A stretch of DNA of 32,000 nucleotides from Candidatus Nanosynbacter lyticus (lineage in GTDB: Bacteria; Patescibacteriota; Saccharimonadia; Saccharimonadales; Saccharimonadaceae), in contig NZ_CP124549.1 in the NCBI RefSeq assembly GCF_030253515.1, positions 150,001 to 182,000 on the forward strand, given 5' to 3'. A program made the position numbers and the translations under genes. This document shows, piece after piece, positions 17,121-24,897 of this stretch (the first letter of the stretch is position 1; every line of letters starts with the position of its first letter). The notes under the pieces are model-generated. The model was not told where the DNA came from. It did no database searches and saw only the letters and a list, made by a program, of their open reading frames with translations.

Positions 17121-18266
17121 ATGAGTGAAACAGCTAAAATAACACCAGACTATAGCTTTGACGAGGGTCTTCGTTTAGAACGAGTCAGCCATATAGTGCC
17201 TGCAGCAGAGGGTACTGAGAACAAGTTGTCTCATGATGGCAAAATAATTCAGATATCATCAGAAAGGATTAAAGAGCTGGAGGTCAACCCGTGGCTTGAT
17301 ATCAACAAAGACCAGAAAGAAAAGGTTATTGAGCAGTTGAGAAACCCACGCTATATTCGTGGTTTGGGTGGCGTTGGAATTGAGGTTGCGCTAATCGGCG
17401 ACCCTAGTGCAGAAGAGCTTCAGGCTGTGTATTATGGCTGGGGTGGTGCCTTTCGTCATCCGAACGCTCAGCGTGAAGCGGTCAATATGGTTTATGCAAA
17501 TCCAGACATTGCCTATATGGTAATGAATGGTCCAGGAATCGGTAATTCTGGTATGCTGCCAAAGTCGGTCCAAAAAGAAATCAGGCAGACTGGTAGTTAT
17601 GCGTCAGCAGGTGAATATTATGCAAAGGTATTGGAACATGTGGCTCGGGATTATGATAAGGTCAATGTAGCTGGGCACTCGCTGGGAGCAAGGGTAGCTA
17701 CGGGAGTAGCCGCAAATATGACACCAGAGGCAGTATCAGAGCTGCGGCTGCATGATCCAACAGGTACGCGAGAGATGAGTCTCGTCGATATTGCTGTCAG
17801 CTTTTTTGGAAAAGAAGGAGCAGAGAATGGTAAGTATGTTAAGGAGTCAGTTTCTCCGACAGCTAAAGAAGCTGGCTTGACACCGCTTGCCGTGGAGGTA
17901 CCTCGTCTCCGTGATATCGAATATGCAAAGGGTGTTCAGTTTAGTCTAGAGGAGTTGAACCGTCCGTTTGAAGCACCAAAGAATGGCTGGATTCAGTCGC
18001 TCTTGGTTGATCCGTCTGGATTGAAACGGAATGCGTTTGAGGGTGACTTGCGAGAGGCGGCACCAAATGTGCGAAAGAGGATTGATATTTTAGTGCCAGA
18101 ATTGAGCCATCTAAACAAGTGGGAAGATATTCAAAGGATAGTTGAGCGCGTACGCAGTATACCTCATATTCCAGAGATCAGTCAATGGGATGTCCTTCGT
18201 CATACACACGCCAATATGAACCAGCCGGCAAGTTTGGCGGCGATATACTCGGCCGATCTGGAATAG
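17121..18266 (+). CDS. Alpha/beta-fold serine hydrolase (lipase/esterase-like), substrate unknown
   Basis: Nucleophile elbow G-H-S-L-G in VNVAGHSLGARVA. Candidate Asp (LHDPTG) and His (LRHTHANM). ATG at 17121 with GGAG 10 nt upstream. The DNA is AT-richer than its neighbours. Confidence 0.65.
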   Translation: MSETAKITPDYSFDEGLRLERVSHIVPAAEGTENKLSHDGKIIQISSERIKELEVNPWLDINKDQKEKVIEQLRNPRYIRGLGGVGIEVALIGDPSAEELQAVYYGWGGAFRHPNAQREAVNMVYANPDIAYMVMNGPGIGNSGMLPKSVQKEIRQTGSYASAGEYYAKVLEHVARDYDKVNVAGHSLGARVATGVAANMTPEAVSELRLHDPTGTREMSLVDIAVSFFGKEGAENGKYVKESVSPTAKEAGLTPLAVEVPRLRDIEYAKGVQFSLEELNRPFEAPKNGWIQSLLVDPSGLKRNAFEGDLREAAPNVRKRIDILVPELSHLNKWEDIQRIVERVRSIPHIPEISQWDVLRHTHANMNQPASLAAIYSADLE

Positions 18267-18270
18267 TAAT

Positions 18271-18299
18271 TTGTTAAATATTTCCTCATCTGTTATAAT
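18271..18299 (+). promoter_or_regulatory. Promoter TTGTTA-17-(TGt)TATAAT, 9 nt upstream of the rpsU ATG
   Basis: TTGTTA at 18271-18276, 17-nt spacer ending in TGT, consensus TATAAT at 18294-18299, then GCAAAAAGT and ATG (18309). No SD is present. Confidence 0.6.
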
Positions 18300-18308
18300 G
18301 CAAAAAGT

Positions 18309-18527
18309 ATGGTACAAGTTACACGTAAAGATCAGAAGGAAGCGAACGAGAATGTGATTCGTCGCTTTAATCGCAAGGTGCTGCAGAGCGGTGTCCTTGC
18401 ACGGGCAAAGTCGGTGATGCGATTTGCCAAGCCGATTTCCAAGATTGAGCGCCGCAAGAAAGCGATTATTCGCCGCGAGCGCCGGGCCGAGAAAACAGCC
18501 AGGATGCGTATGGGGGCAACGCGTTAA
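18309..18527 (+). CDS. rpsU: 30S ribosomal protein S21
   Basis: ENVIRRFNRKVLQSGVLARAK....F.KP..KIERRKKAIIRRERRAEK is typical of S21. Confidence 0.9.
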   Translation: MVQVTRKDQKEANENVIRRFNRKVLQSGVLARAKSVMRFAKPISKIERRKKAIIRRERRAEKTARMRMGATR

Positions 18528-18985
18528 TGTCGGCGCTCAAAGCGCGTATTGCTAATGAAATGAAAGCCGCTCTTCTAGGGCGGCATCGTTTTCGGGGTGA
18601 TGTCCTGCGCAATTTAAAGGCGGCAATTCTTAATGAGGAGGTGTCGCTCGGTAAGCGTGACGAGGGCCTAAACGATACAGAAGTCGAGAAGGTTATTGCC
18701 CGCGAAGTTAAAAAACGCAAAGAAAGCTCCGAGTTGTACCGGGCAAATGGCCGGGCGGAACTAGCTGAGCCAGAGGAGAAGGAGGCAGCTATTTTACAGG
18801 AGTATCTGCCTGAACAGCTGAGCGAAGATGAGATTCGGGTAATGGTCGAGGCAGCGGTTGCTGATTTGGGTGCGACGATGCAGCAGATGGGTCAGGTGAT
18901 CGGTGCGGTGAAGGCTAAGGCTGGCAATGCGGCTGACGGCGCCTTGATTGCGAAAATTACCAAAGAAACGCTAGCAAAACAATAA
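18527..18985 (+). CDS. GatB/YqeY domain-containing protein
   Basis: LKARIANEMKAALLGR....GDVLRNLKAAILNEEV...REVKKRKESSELY matches the YqeY family pattern. The start overlaps the rpsU stop by 1 nt. Confidence 0.85.
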   Translation: MSALKARIANEMKAALLGRHRFRGDVLRNLKAAILNEEVSLGKRDEGLNDTEVEKVIAREVKKRKESSELYRANGRAELAEPEEKEAAILQEYLPEQLSEDEIRVMVEAAVADLGATMQQMGQVIGAVKAKAGNAADGALIAKITKETLAKQ

Positions 18986-19008
18986 CAACACAGAAAAAGG
19001 AGCAAAGG

Positions 19009-19560
19009 ATGATCTTATTGTTTGGGCCGCCGGGGGCTGGTAAAAGTATGCAGGGGCAGATGTTGGCAGCGCGCCAGGGTTGGAAATGGCTATCGACCGG
19101 CGAGATGTTGCGCCGAAGTAATGATCCGGCGGTGATTGATATTTTACGCTCGGGCGAGCTGGTGAGCGATGCGTTGATTTACCAAGTGTTTGAGCAGGCG
19201 GTGCAGGATGCGCGCGATAAAAAATATCCAAATATCATTGTGGATGGCTTTCCGCGGACGAAAGAACAGGCGGCATGGCTGGATGAGTATATGGCACGGA
19301 TGAGTGAGAAGATTGATACGGTGATTTCACTGGAAGTGCCGGAGGCGGAAATTATGCGGCGGCTAGAAAAGCGTGGCCGGTTGGAGGATACGCCAGAGGC
19401 GATTGCCCGGCGAATGACGATTTATCGGCAAAAAATGTATCCGGTGTTGGGGATTTTTGCTGAGGCAGGCGTTAGGATTGTCCATCTGGACGGCGTCGGG
19501 ACGGCTGGTGAAGTACATGACCGGATTTATGAAGAGGTGGCGTACGCATGCCAACTTTAA
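19009..19560 (+). CDS. adk: Adenylate kinase (short-lid type)
   Basis: P-loop LFGPPGAGKSMQGQMLA, plus STGEMLR and DGFPRT. Strong SD AAAGGAG lies upstream. Confidence 0.9.
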   Translation: MILLFGPPGAGKSMQGQMLAARQGWKWLSTGEMLRRSNDPAVIDILRSGELVSDALIYQVFEQAVQDARDKKYPNIIVDGFPRTKEQAAWLDEYMARMSEKIDTVISLEVPEAEIMRRLEKRGRLEDTPEAIARRMTIYRQKMYPVLGIFAEAGVRIVHLDGVGTAGEVHDRIYEEVAYACQL

Positions 19561-20315
19561 TTACGGGTGAGAAAACGCCGCAGCAGATGAAGGATATGCG
19601 CGAATGCGGGCGGATGTTGGCGACGATTTATGACGAGTTGCGCCAGCGGGTAACGGCCGGGATGAGCGAATTGGATGTCAATGACTTCGTGGCTGGACGC
19701 ATCAAAGATTTTGGCGCGGAAGCAACATATTTGACAGATGAAGTCAAATTTCCAGGGGTGATTTGCGTGTCGACCAATGAGCAATTGGTGCACTCATTTC
19801 CGACAGACTATGTGTTTGAGAAGGGCGACGTGGTGAGTTTTGATCTGGTGATCGGCTACCGTGGTATGAAAACCGATAGCGCGTTTACTATGGTGATTGA
19901 CGAAGAGCCGCGCGGCGCTAAGAAGCATTTGCTGCACGCGACGGAACAGAGTTTGTATGCGGGAATTGATGCGATTTCTGGCGAGGGAACGCGTGTTGGT
20001 GATATTTCAGCGGCAATAGAAGCGGTGTTGAAGAAGGCTAAATTAGGTATCATTCGCGAACTGGTTGGCCACGGCGTGGGACTAGAAATGCATATGAGTC
20101 CAGAGATTCCAAATTATGGCCGGCGCGGTACCGGGCCAGTGCTGCACGCTGGCGATACGATTGCTATTGAGCCGATGGCTAGCCTTGGCGGTGAGAAAAT
20201 TGTGACTGAGAATGACGGCTGGACGATTAGCATGAAAGACGGCAGTCTGGGGGCGCATTTTGAACACACCGTATTGATTACTGAGACGGGTGCAGAGATT
20301 TTGACGATACTCTAG
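19548..20315 (+). CDS. map: Type I methionine aminopeptidase
   Basis: Pita-bread fold metal ligands in context (VSFDLV, MKTDSAFT, GHGVG, AIEPM, HFEHTV). Confidence 0.95.
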   Translation: MPTLITGEKTPQQMKDMRECGRMLATIYDELRQRVTAGMSELDVNDFVAGRIKDFGAEATYLTDEVKFPGVICVSTNEQLVHSFPTDYVFEKGDVVSFDLVIGYRGMKTDSAFTMVIDEEPRGAKKHLLHATEQSLYAGIDAISGEGTRVGDISAAIEAVLKKAKLGIIRELVGHGVGLEMHMSPEIPNYGRRGTGPVLHAGDTIAIEPMASLGGEKIVTENDGWTISMKDGSLGAHFEHTVLITETGAEILTIL

Positions 20316-20330
20316 GCGATCTGGTATACT
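20301..20330 (+). promoter_or_regulatory. Promoter TTGACG-18-TATACT inside the 3' end of map, 6 nt upstream of the ftsA ATG
   Basis: TTGACG at 20301-20306, TATACT at 20325-20330, AAGCAT, then ATG (20337). No SD is present. Confidence 0.55.
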
Positions 20331-20336
20331 AAGCAT

Positions 20337-21560
20337 ATGCAAGAACAATCTCGATATGTGGTAGGAATTGATGTTGGTACGAAGACCGTGCGCTGCGTGG
20401 TCGGACATATCGGGGATTCGGGGCTGCCAAACATTGTTGGTGTCGGCGTGAGTGAGAATAGCGGCATGCGTAAGGGTGCGGTATCGAACTTGACGGGGCC
20501 GGCGGCAGCAATTGACAAGGCGTTAGAGGCGGCCGAGCGCATGAGCGGTCATCATATCAATGCAGCAGCATTGAGTGTGAATGGGTCGCATATCTTGAGC
20601 ACCAAAGCTGATGGTATGATCGCGGTGGGGATGAGTGGCGGTGAAGTGACGGACGAGGATGTGCTGCGGATTGAAGAAGTGGCGACGACCGGGAAGGTGC
20701 CGGCTAATCGAGAGATTTTGGAGATTGTGCCGCATGCCTATCGGCTGGATGGGCAGGATAATATTAAGGATCCGGTGGGGATGAGCGGGACGCGCCTGGA
20801 ATTGCGGGCAAATGTGGTCTCGGGCTTGACGCCGTATGTGGCGAATTTACGCCGCTCGGCCGAGATGGCCAATGTCACTGCCTCGAGCCTAACACCAAGC
20901 GTGTTGGCAGCGGCGCGAGCGGTGCTCAGCGAGTCGCAGATTGAGAACGGCGTGGCGGTTATCGACATTGGTGGTAGTACAACCGGTGTGGCGGTATTTG
21001 AAGAGGGAGATTTGCAGCATGTGGCGGTGATTCCCATGGGGGCGCAGAACGTGACAAATGATGTGGCGATTGGGCTGAAGACCGACCCGGAGATCGCTGA
21101 GGCGGTCAAATTGGCACACGCCCGGCTGGGCGGCGGTAAGGCTGGTCGGGTTGATACCAAATACGACAAACAGGTGTATACGTTTGAACAAAGCGAGATT
21201 GATGAGATTGTCGAGGCGCGCTATGAGGAGATTTTCGAGCTGGTTACCAAAGAGTTGAAGCGGGCCGGCGGCATCGGACGGCTGCCGAGCGGTGTGGTGC
21301 TGGTTGGTGGTGGCGCTAAGGTTAAGGATCTGGTCGAATTTGCCAAAAATAGCCTCGGCGTGGCGGCTAAACTAGGCGTGCCGGCAGGGTATGCGGGCGT
21401 GAGCGACGAGGCGAATGGGCCGGAGTTTGCGGCGGCAATTGGTCTGATGCTCATTGACGGGTCGGGGGCTGAGCGGGCCGAGCACGCGCAGAGCAAGGTA
21501 GGTTCGGTGACAAAGAAAGCCGGAGGAATGATTAGTCGATTGCTAGCGAGGTTTAAGTAG
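20337..21560 (+). CDS. ftsA: Cell division protein FtsA
   Basis: Actin-like ATPase motifs VVGIDVGTKTVRCVVG, AVIDIGGSTTGVAVF and VLVGGGAKV. It lies immediately upstream of ftsZ. Confidence 0.95.
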   Translation: MQEQSRYVVGIDVGTKTVRCVVGHIGDSGLPNIVGVGVSENSGMRKGAVSNLTGPAAAIDKALEAAERMSGHHINAAALSVNGSHILSTKADGMIAVGMSGGEVTDEDVLRIEEVATTGKVPANREILEIVPHAYRLDGQDNIKDPVGMSGTRLELRANVVSGLTPYVANLRRSAEMANVTASSLTPSVLAAARAVLSESQIENGVAVIDIGGSTTGVAVFEEGDLQHVAVIPMGAQNVTNDVAIGLKTDPEIAEAVKLAHARLGGGKAGRVDTKYDKQVYTFEQSEIDEIVEARYEEIFELVTKELKRAGGIGRLPSGVVLVGGGAKVKDLVEFAKNSLGVAAKLGVPAGYAGVSDEANGPEFAAAIGLMLIDGSGAERAEHAQSKVGSVTKKAGGMISRLLARFK

Positions 21561-21613
21561 GAGCTAGTAGACAAAGATGGTATACTTGATAAGAGAAAGA
21601 TAGGGAGAGGAAA

Positions 21614-22804
21614 ATGCCGCAGATTACACCAAGTGAAGTTCAAACGTTTGCCAGTATCAAAGTTGTCGGTGTCGGTGGAGCTGGTGGTTCGGCCATCAAT
21701 CGGATGAAAGATGCGGGGCTCGCTGGCGTGCAGTTTATCGCTATGAATACTGATGCTCAGGCGCTGCATAATTCCAAGGCGGATGTCAAGATTCATCTCG
21801 GGCACACCACGACTAATGGGCTGGGTGCCGGTGCTGATCCGATGGTTGGTGAAGCGGCAGCCAATGAGTCGCGCGAGGAGATTCGCCAGGCACTCGAGGG
21901 TGCGGACATGGTGTTTGTGACGATCGGTGCTGGTGGCGGCACTGGATCGGGCGCTGGGCATATCGTGGCGGAGATCGCTCGCGAGATGGACATCCTGGTG
22001 GTTGGTGTGGCGACGCGACCGTTTAGTTTTGAAGGCGAGAAGCGTCGGGTGAATGCGGACTGGGCAATTACTCACCTGGGCCGCCAAGTTGACACCTTGA
22101 TCACCATTCCGAATGATCGATTACTGCAGACGATTGATCGGCGGACGCCGCTGCTCGAGACGTTCAAGATCGCTGATGACGTGCTGCGCCAGGGCGTGCA
22201 GGGGATATCAGAGCTGATTACCGAGCATGGTTTGATTAATCTCGACTTTGCTGACGTCAAGGCGGTGATGAGTCGGGCTGGTTCGGCGCTGATGGGGATC
22301 GGTCGGGCCGATGGCGAGAATCGGGCGGTGCAGGCCGCTCAGCAAGCGATTGAGAGTCCGCTGATAGAGGTGTCGATTGACGGTGCGAAGGGTGTGCTGT
22401 TTAATGTGACTGGTGGCTATGACATGAGCATGGCAGAGATTCAGGAGGCGGCTGAGGTAATTACCAGCGCGGTCAGTCCTGATGCCAATATTATCTTTGG
22501 AGCGACGCTCAAGCCAGAGCTCGAAGATGAGGTGATTATCACGGTTATCGCCACCGGGTTCGATAGTGAGACCTATCATGATCATGAGGTGAGTTTGACG
22601 AGTGAAGCGTCGCATGAATCAGAGACTGAGGTTGATGACGAGGTGGTTGAAGGGATTGATCTGGAGCTCAGTGAGCAGAGCGGAGCGACGGACTTTACGT
22701 CCGAGCAGGAAAATAACATCTGGGATCAGCCAGCTGAGGATGAGGCGGACGAAGATGATACGCCAGCCTTCCTTCGCCGCCGCAAAAAGAACAAGGAGGA
22801 ATAA
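21614..22804 (+). CDS. ftsZ: Cell division protein FtsZ
   Basis: [13 protein letters not shown] and the tubulin signature GGGTGSGAG. Acidic linker and C-terminal peptide [11 protein letters not shown]. Strong SD GGGAGAGG lies upstream. Confidence 0.97.
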   Translation: MPQITPSEVQTFASIKVVGVGGAGGSAINRMKDAGLAGVQFIAMNTDAQALHNSKADVKIHLGHTTTNGLGAGADPMVGEAAANESREEIRQALEGADMVFVTIGAGGGTGSGAGHIVAEIAREMDILVVGVATRPFSFEGEKRRVNADWAITHLGRQVDTLITIPNDRLLQTIDRRTPLLETFKIADDVLRQGVQGISELITEHGLINLDFADVKAVMSRAGSALMGIGRADGENRAVQAAQQAIESPLIEVSIDGAKGVLFNVTGGYDMSMAEIQEAAEVITSAVSPDANIIFGATLKPELEDEVIITVIATGFDSETYHDHEVSLTSEASHESETEVDDEVVEGIDLELSEQSGATDFTSEQENNIWDQPAEDEADEDDTPAFLRRRKKNKEE

Positions 22805-23257
22805 ATGAGCGGATTTAACATTGGTGATAGCCGCGTGATCGAGTCGCGAGAGGTTTCTGATGGCGTGGCGATTCGCCGCCGCCGCGAGACGCCGGATGGA
22901 CGGCGTTTCACTACGTATGAACGAGTAGAAAAGCCAAACCTCATTGTGATCAAGAAAAATGGTAGTCGTGAACTATTTGATCGAGTCAAGCTCGCGCATG
23001 CGGTGCGCCAGTCAGTTGGCAAATTCCTTAAATCTGACGAGGAAGTCGAGTCGATTATCACGGCGGTTGAAGATAAATTGTATGCGCTGGGCGCCTCAGA
23101 AGTGCCGTCGCGGCAAATAGGTGAGTTTGTACTGGACGAATTAGCGAAGCGTAACGAAGTGGCGTACGTACGTTTTGCCAGCGTGTTTCAGAAGTTTGAG
23201 ACGCTGGATGATTTCGTCAAGATATTGGAACAGCGTCGCCAGAAAGGACAAGAATAA
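22805..23257 (+). CDS. nrdR: NrdR-family regulator homologue (ATP-cone intact, zinc-ribbon cysteines absent)
   Basis: VIESR...IRRRRE....RRFTTYE plus the ATP-cone (KKNGSRELFDRVKL...EVAYVRFASVFQKF) align with canonical NrdR. The protein contains no cysteine. Confidence 0.8.
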   Translation: MSGFNIGDSRVIESREVSDGVAIRRRRETPDGRRFTTYERVEKPNLIVIKKNGSRELFDRVKLAHAVRQSVGKFLKSDEEVESIITAVEDKLYALGASEVPSRQIGEFVLDELAKRNEVAYVRFASVFQKFETLDDFVKILEQRRQKGQE

Positions 23258-23514
23258 TGCGAGTCGTTGTCGTATACCGGGCGGAAAGTGATTACGCGCG
23301 CCAGGTTATCAGTTTTCTCCATGACTTTAGTCGGCAGACGGGACATACGATTGAGGAGCTTGACCCAGATTCGGCTGAGGGCAGCGATTTTTGCCGGACA
23401 TACGACATCGTTGAATACCCGACCGTTATTGCGCTGAGCGCTGATAGCCAGATGCAGAATATGTGGCGCGGATTACCGCTACCGACGATTAGCGAGGTGA
23501 GTTTTTATGTTTGA
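23257..23514 (+). CDS. Small thioredoxin-fold-like protein lacking a CxxC motif
   Basis: 85-aa ORF. The beta-alpha-beta start (RVVVVYRAESDYARQVISFL) and cis-Pro-like EYPTVIAL resemble a Trx/Grx fold, but it has only one Cys. It overlaps the VKOR gene by 8 nt. Confidence 0.45.
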   Translation: MRVVVVYRAESDYARQVISFLHDFSRQTGHTIEELDPDSAEGSDFCRTYDIVEYPTVIALSADSQMQNMWRGLPLPTISEVSFYV

Positions 23515-24118
23515 TGCGCTGCGTAAGTGGTGTTCAGACAAAAATTTAAGACGCCAGCGGCTTGCAGCACTAGCGTTGCTGATTGGTAGCAGTTTGGGTT
23601 TGCTGGCTTCATTTGTACTGTCAATTGAAGCGCTGACGCTTGCCAAAAATTCGCATGCTGTGCTGAACTGCGATCTAAATGCGGCCATAAGTTGTTCGGT
23701 AGTGGCAAATCACTGGTCAGCGGCGTTGCTCGGCTTCCCTAATAGCTTTATCGGTATGATGACACTGCCGGTGATGGTCACTATCGGGGTGGCATTGCTG
23801 GCAGGTGCGAAGTTTCCGAAATGGTTTATGTGGGGTGCACAGCTGGGCGCCGTGGTCGGCCTGTTGTTCGCTGGCTGGATGTTCTATATGAGCTATGTCG
23901 AGATTGGTGCGCTGTGTCCGTGGTGTTTGACGCTGGACGCGGGTATGCTGCTGGTCTGTTACGGACTGACTAGATATAATGTGGTGACTAGGATGGTTGG
24001 CGGTAGGCGTATGAGAAAATTTGTCGACCGGGGATTTGACACGTTCCTGTTGGCGCTAGTGACCGTTGTGATCGTTGTTGTTATTTTAGCAACATTTGGG
24101 CGTGAGCTATTTGCATAA
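23507..24118 (+). CDS. Vitamin K epoxide reductase (VKOR) family membrane protein
   Basis: Multiple TM helices, a loop Cys pair (NCDLNAAISC) and the active-site CPWC in a TM helix (GALCPWCLTLD). Confidence 0.8.
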   Translation: MFDALRKWCSDKNLRRQRLAALALLIGSSLGLLASFVLSIEALTLAKNSHAVLNCDLNAAISCSVVANHWSAALLGFPNSFIGMMTLPVMVTIGVALLAGAKFPKWFMWGAQLGAVVGLLFAGWMFYMSYVEIGALCPWCLTLDAGMLLVCYGLTRYNVVTRMVGGRRMRKFVDRGFDTFLLALVTVVIVVVILATFGRELFA

Positions 24119-24134
24119 ATTAAGAGTAGGCGTA

Positions 24135-24163
24135 TTGAATAATGGTGCTGGTATCCGTATACT
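24135..24163 (+). promoter_or_regulatory. Promoter TTGAAT-17-TATACT, 6 nt upstream of ATG 24170
   Basis: TTGAAT at 24135-24140, 17-nt spacer, TATACT at 24158-24163, GGGCAT, then ATG. No SD is present. Confidence 0.6.
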
Positions 24164-24169
24164 GGGCAT

Positions 24170-24847
24170 ATGAAGAAAAATTTTCTCATTAGAGCGTTTT
24201 TGGGTGTTACCATTGTGTCGCTCGGCGGGATTTTGCTGCTGCGGAATCTCGGAGTTATTACCTTTAATAGCTGGCCCCTGTTTTGGGGCGCTTTTTGGGC
24301 CTTTGCTGGCTTATTGATACTATTATTCAGTTATCGCAGACCGATGGACTGGGTGTGGGGGCTGTTATTGATAGCTGTTGGCGTGTTGATCGGGCTGAGT
24401 GCTTATGGTGTAATTAATATTGGTACGTGGAAATCATTCTGGCCGGTAATACTGATTGCTATTGGTTTGTCGGTCGTGTTTGGTATTGGTTCAGGCCGTC
24501 GGCAGCCTAAAAAGCGGGCGGCTGATGATGGTGATAGTGAAAAAGTTGCAATTTTTTATGGTGAAGAATCACGGGTGAAAGGTGACTATACTGGTGGCTC
24601 CGTGGCAGTAATATTTGGTGGTATGGAGTTGGACCTGCGCCAGGCGAAGATCAAGGATGGTGTAGTTATCGACGTCTTTACCTTTTGTGGCGGTGCTAGC
24701 ATTAGTTTGCCTGATGACGTGATCGTCAAAAACGAGGTACGTGGTATTTTGGGTGGTAGCGAGGACAAAACTACGCCGAAATCTTCCGCCAAAAAGACGA
24801 TCTACCTAAAGGGTGAATGCGTCTTGGGTGGTCTGGAAATTAAATAA
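24170..24847 (+). CDS. LiaF/YvqF-like cell-wall-stress response membrane protein
   Basis: Four or five N-terminal TM helices. The C-terminal beta-rich domain with GGMELDLRQAKI..GVVIDVFTFCGGASISLPDDV.V resembles the LiaF C-terminal (DUF2154) domain. Confidence 0.65.
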   Translation: MKKNFLIRAFLGVTIVSLGGILLLRNLGVITFNSWPLFWGAFWAFAGLLILLFSYRRPMDWVWGLLLIAVGVLIGLSAYGVINIGTWKSFWPVILIAIGLSVVFGIGSGRRQPKKRAADDGDSEKVAIFYGEESRVKGDYTGGSVAVIFGGMELDLRQAKIKDGVVIDVFTFCGGASISLPDDVIVKNEVRGILGGSEDKTTPKSSAKKTIYLKGECVLGGLEIK

Positions 24848-24865
24848 TCTCTTGGGATTTTGGTA

Positions 24866-24897
24866 AAAACGCGCTACAATGAAAGTAGGGCGTTTTT
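24866..24897. terminator. Bidirectional-type terminator hairpin
   Basis: AAAAACGCGCTA (24866-24877) pairs with TAGGGCGTTTTT (24886-24897), with one mismatch. It is flanked by an A-tract and a T-tract. Confidence 0.6.

Noticed and set aside
21221-22087. Long antisense ORFs: 288 aa opposite ftsA/ftsZ, plus 29559..30452 and 30606..31217 opposite ileS, 5320..5847 opposite the LPXTG gene, 13443..13883 opposite priA, and 11721..12212 in an alternative frame of the fmt strand
   Set aside because: Each is fully contained within a strongly conserved gene on the opposite strand or in another frame. Their products are Ser/Pro/Arg/Ala-rich low-complexity 'shadow' translations typical of GC-biased third positions. 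None has an SD or promoter.
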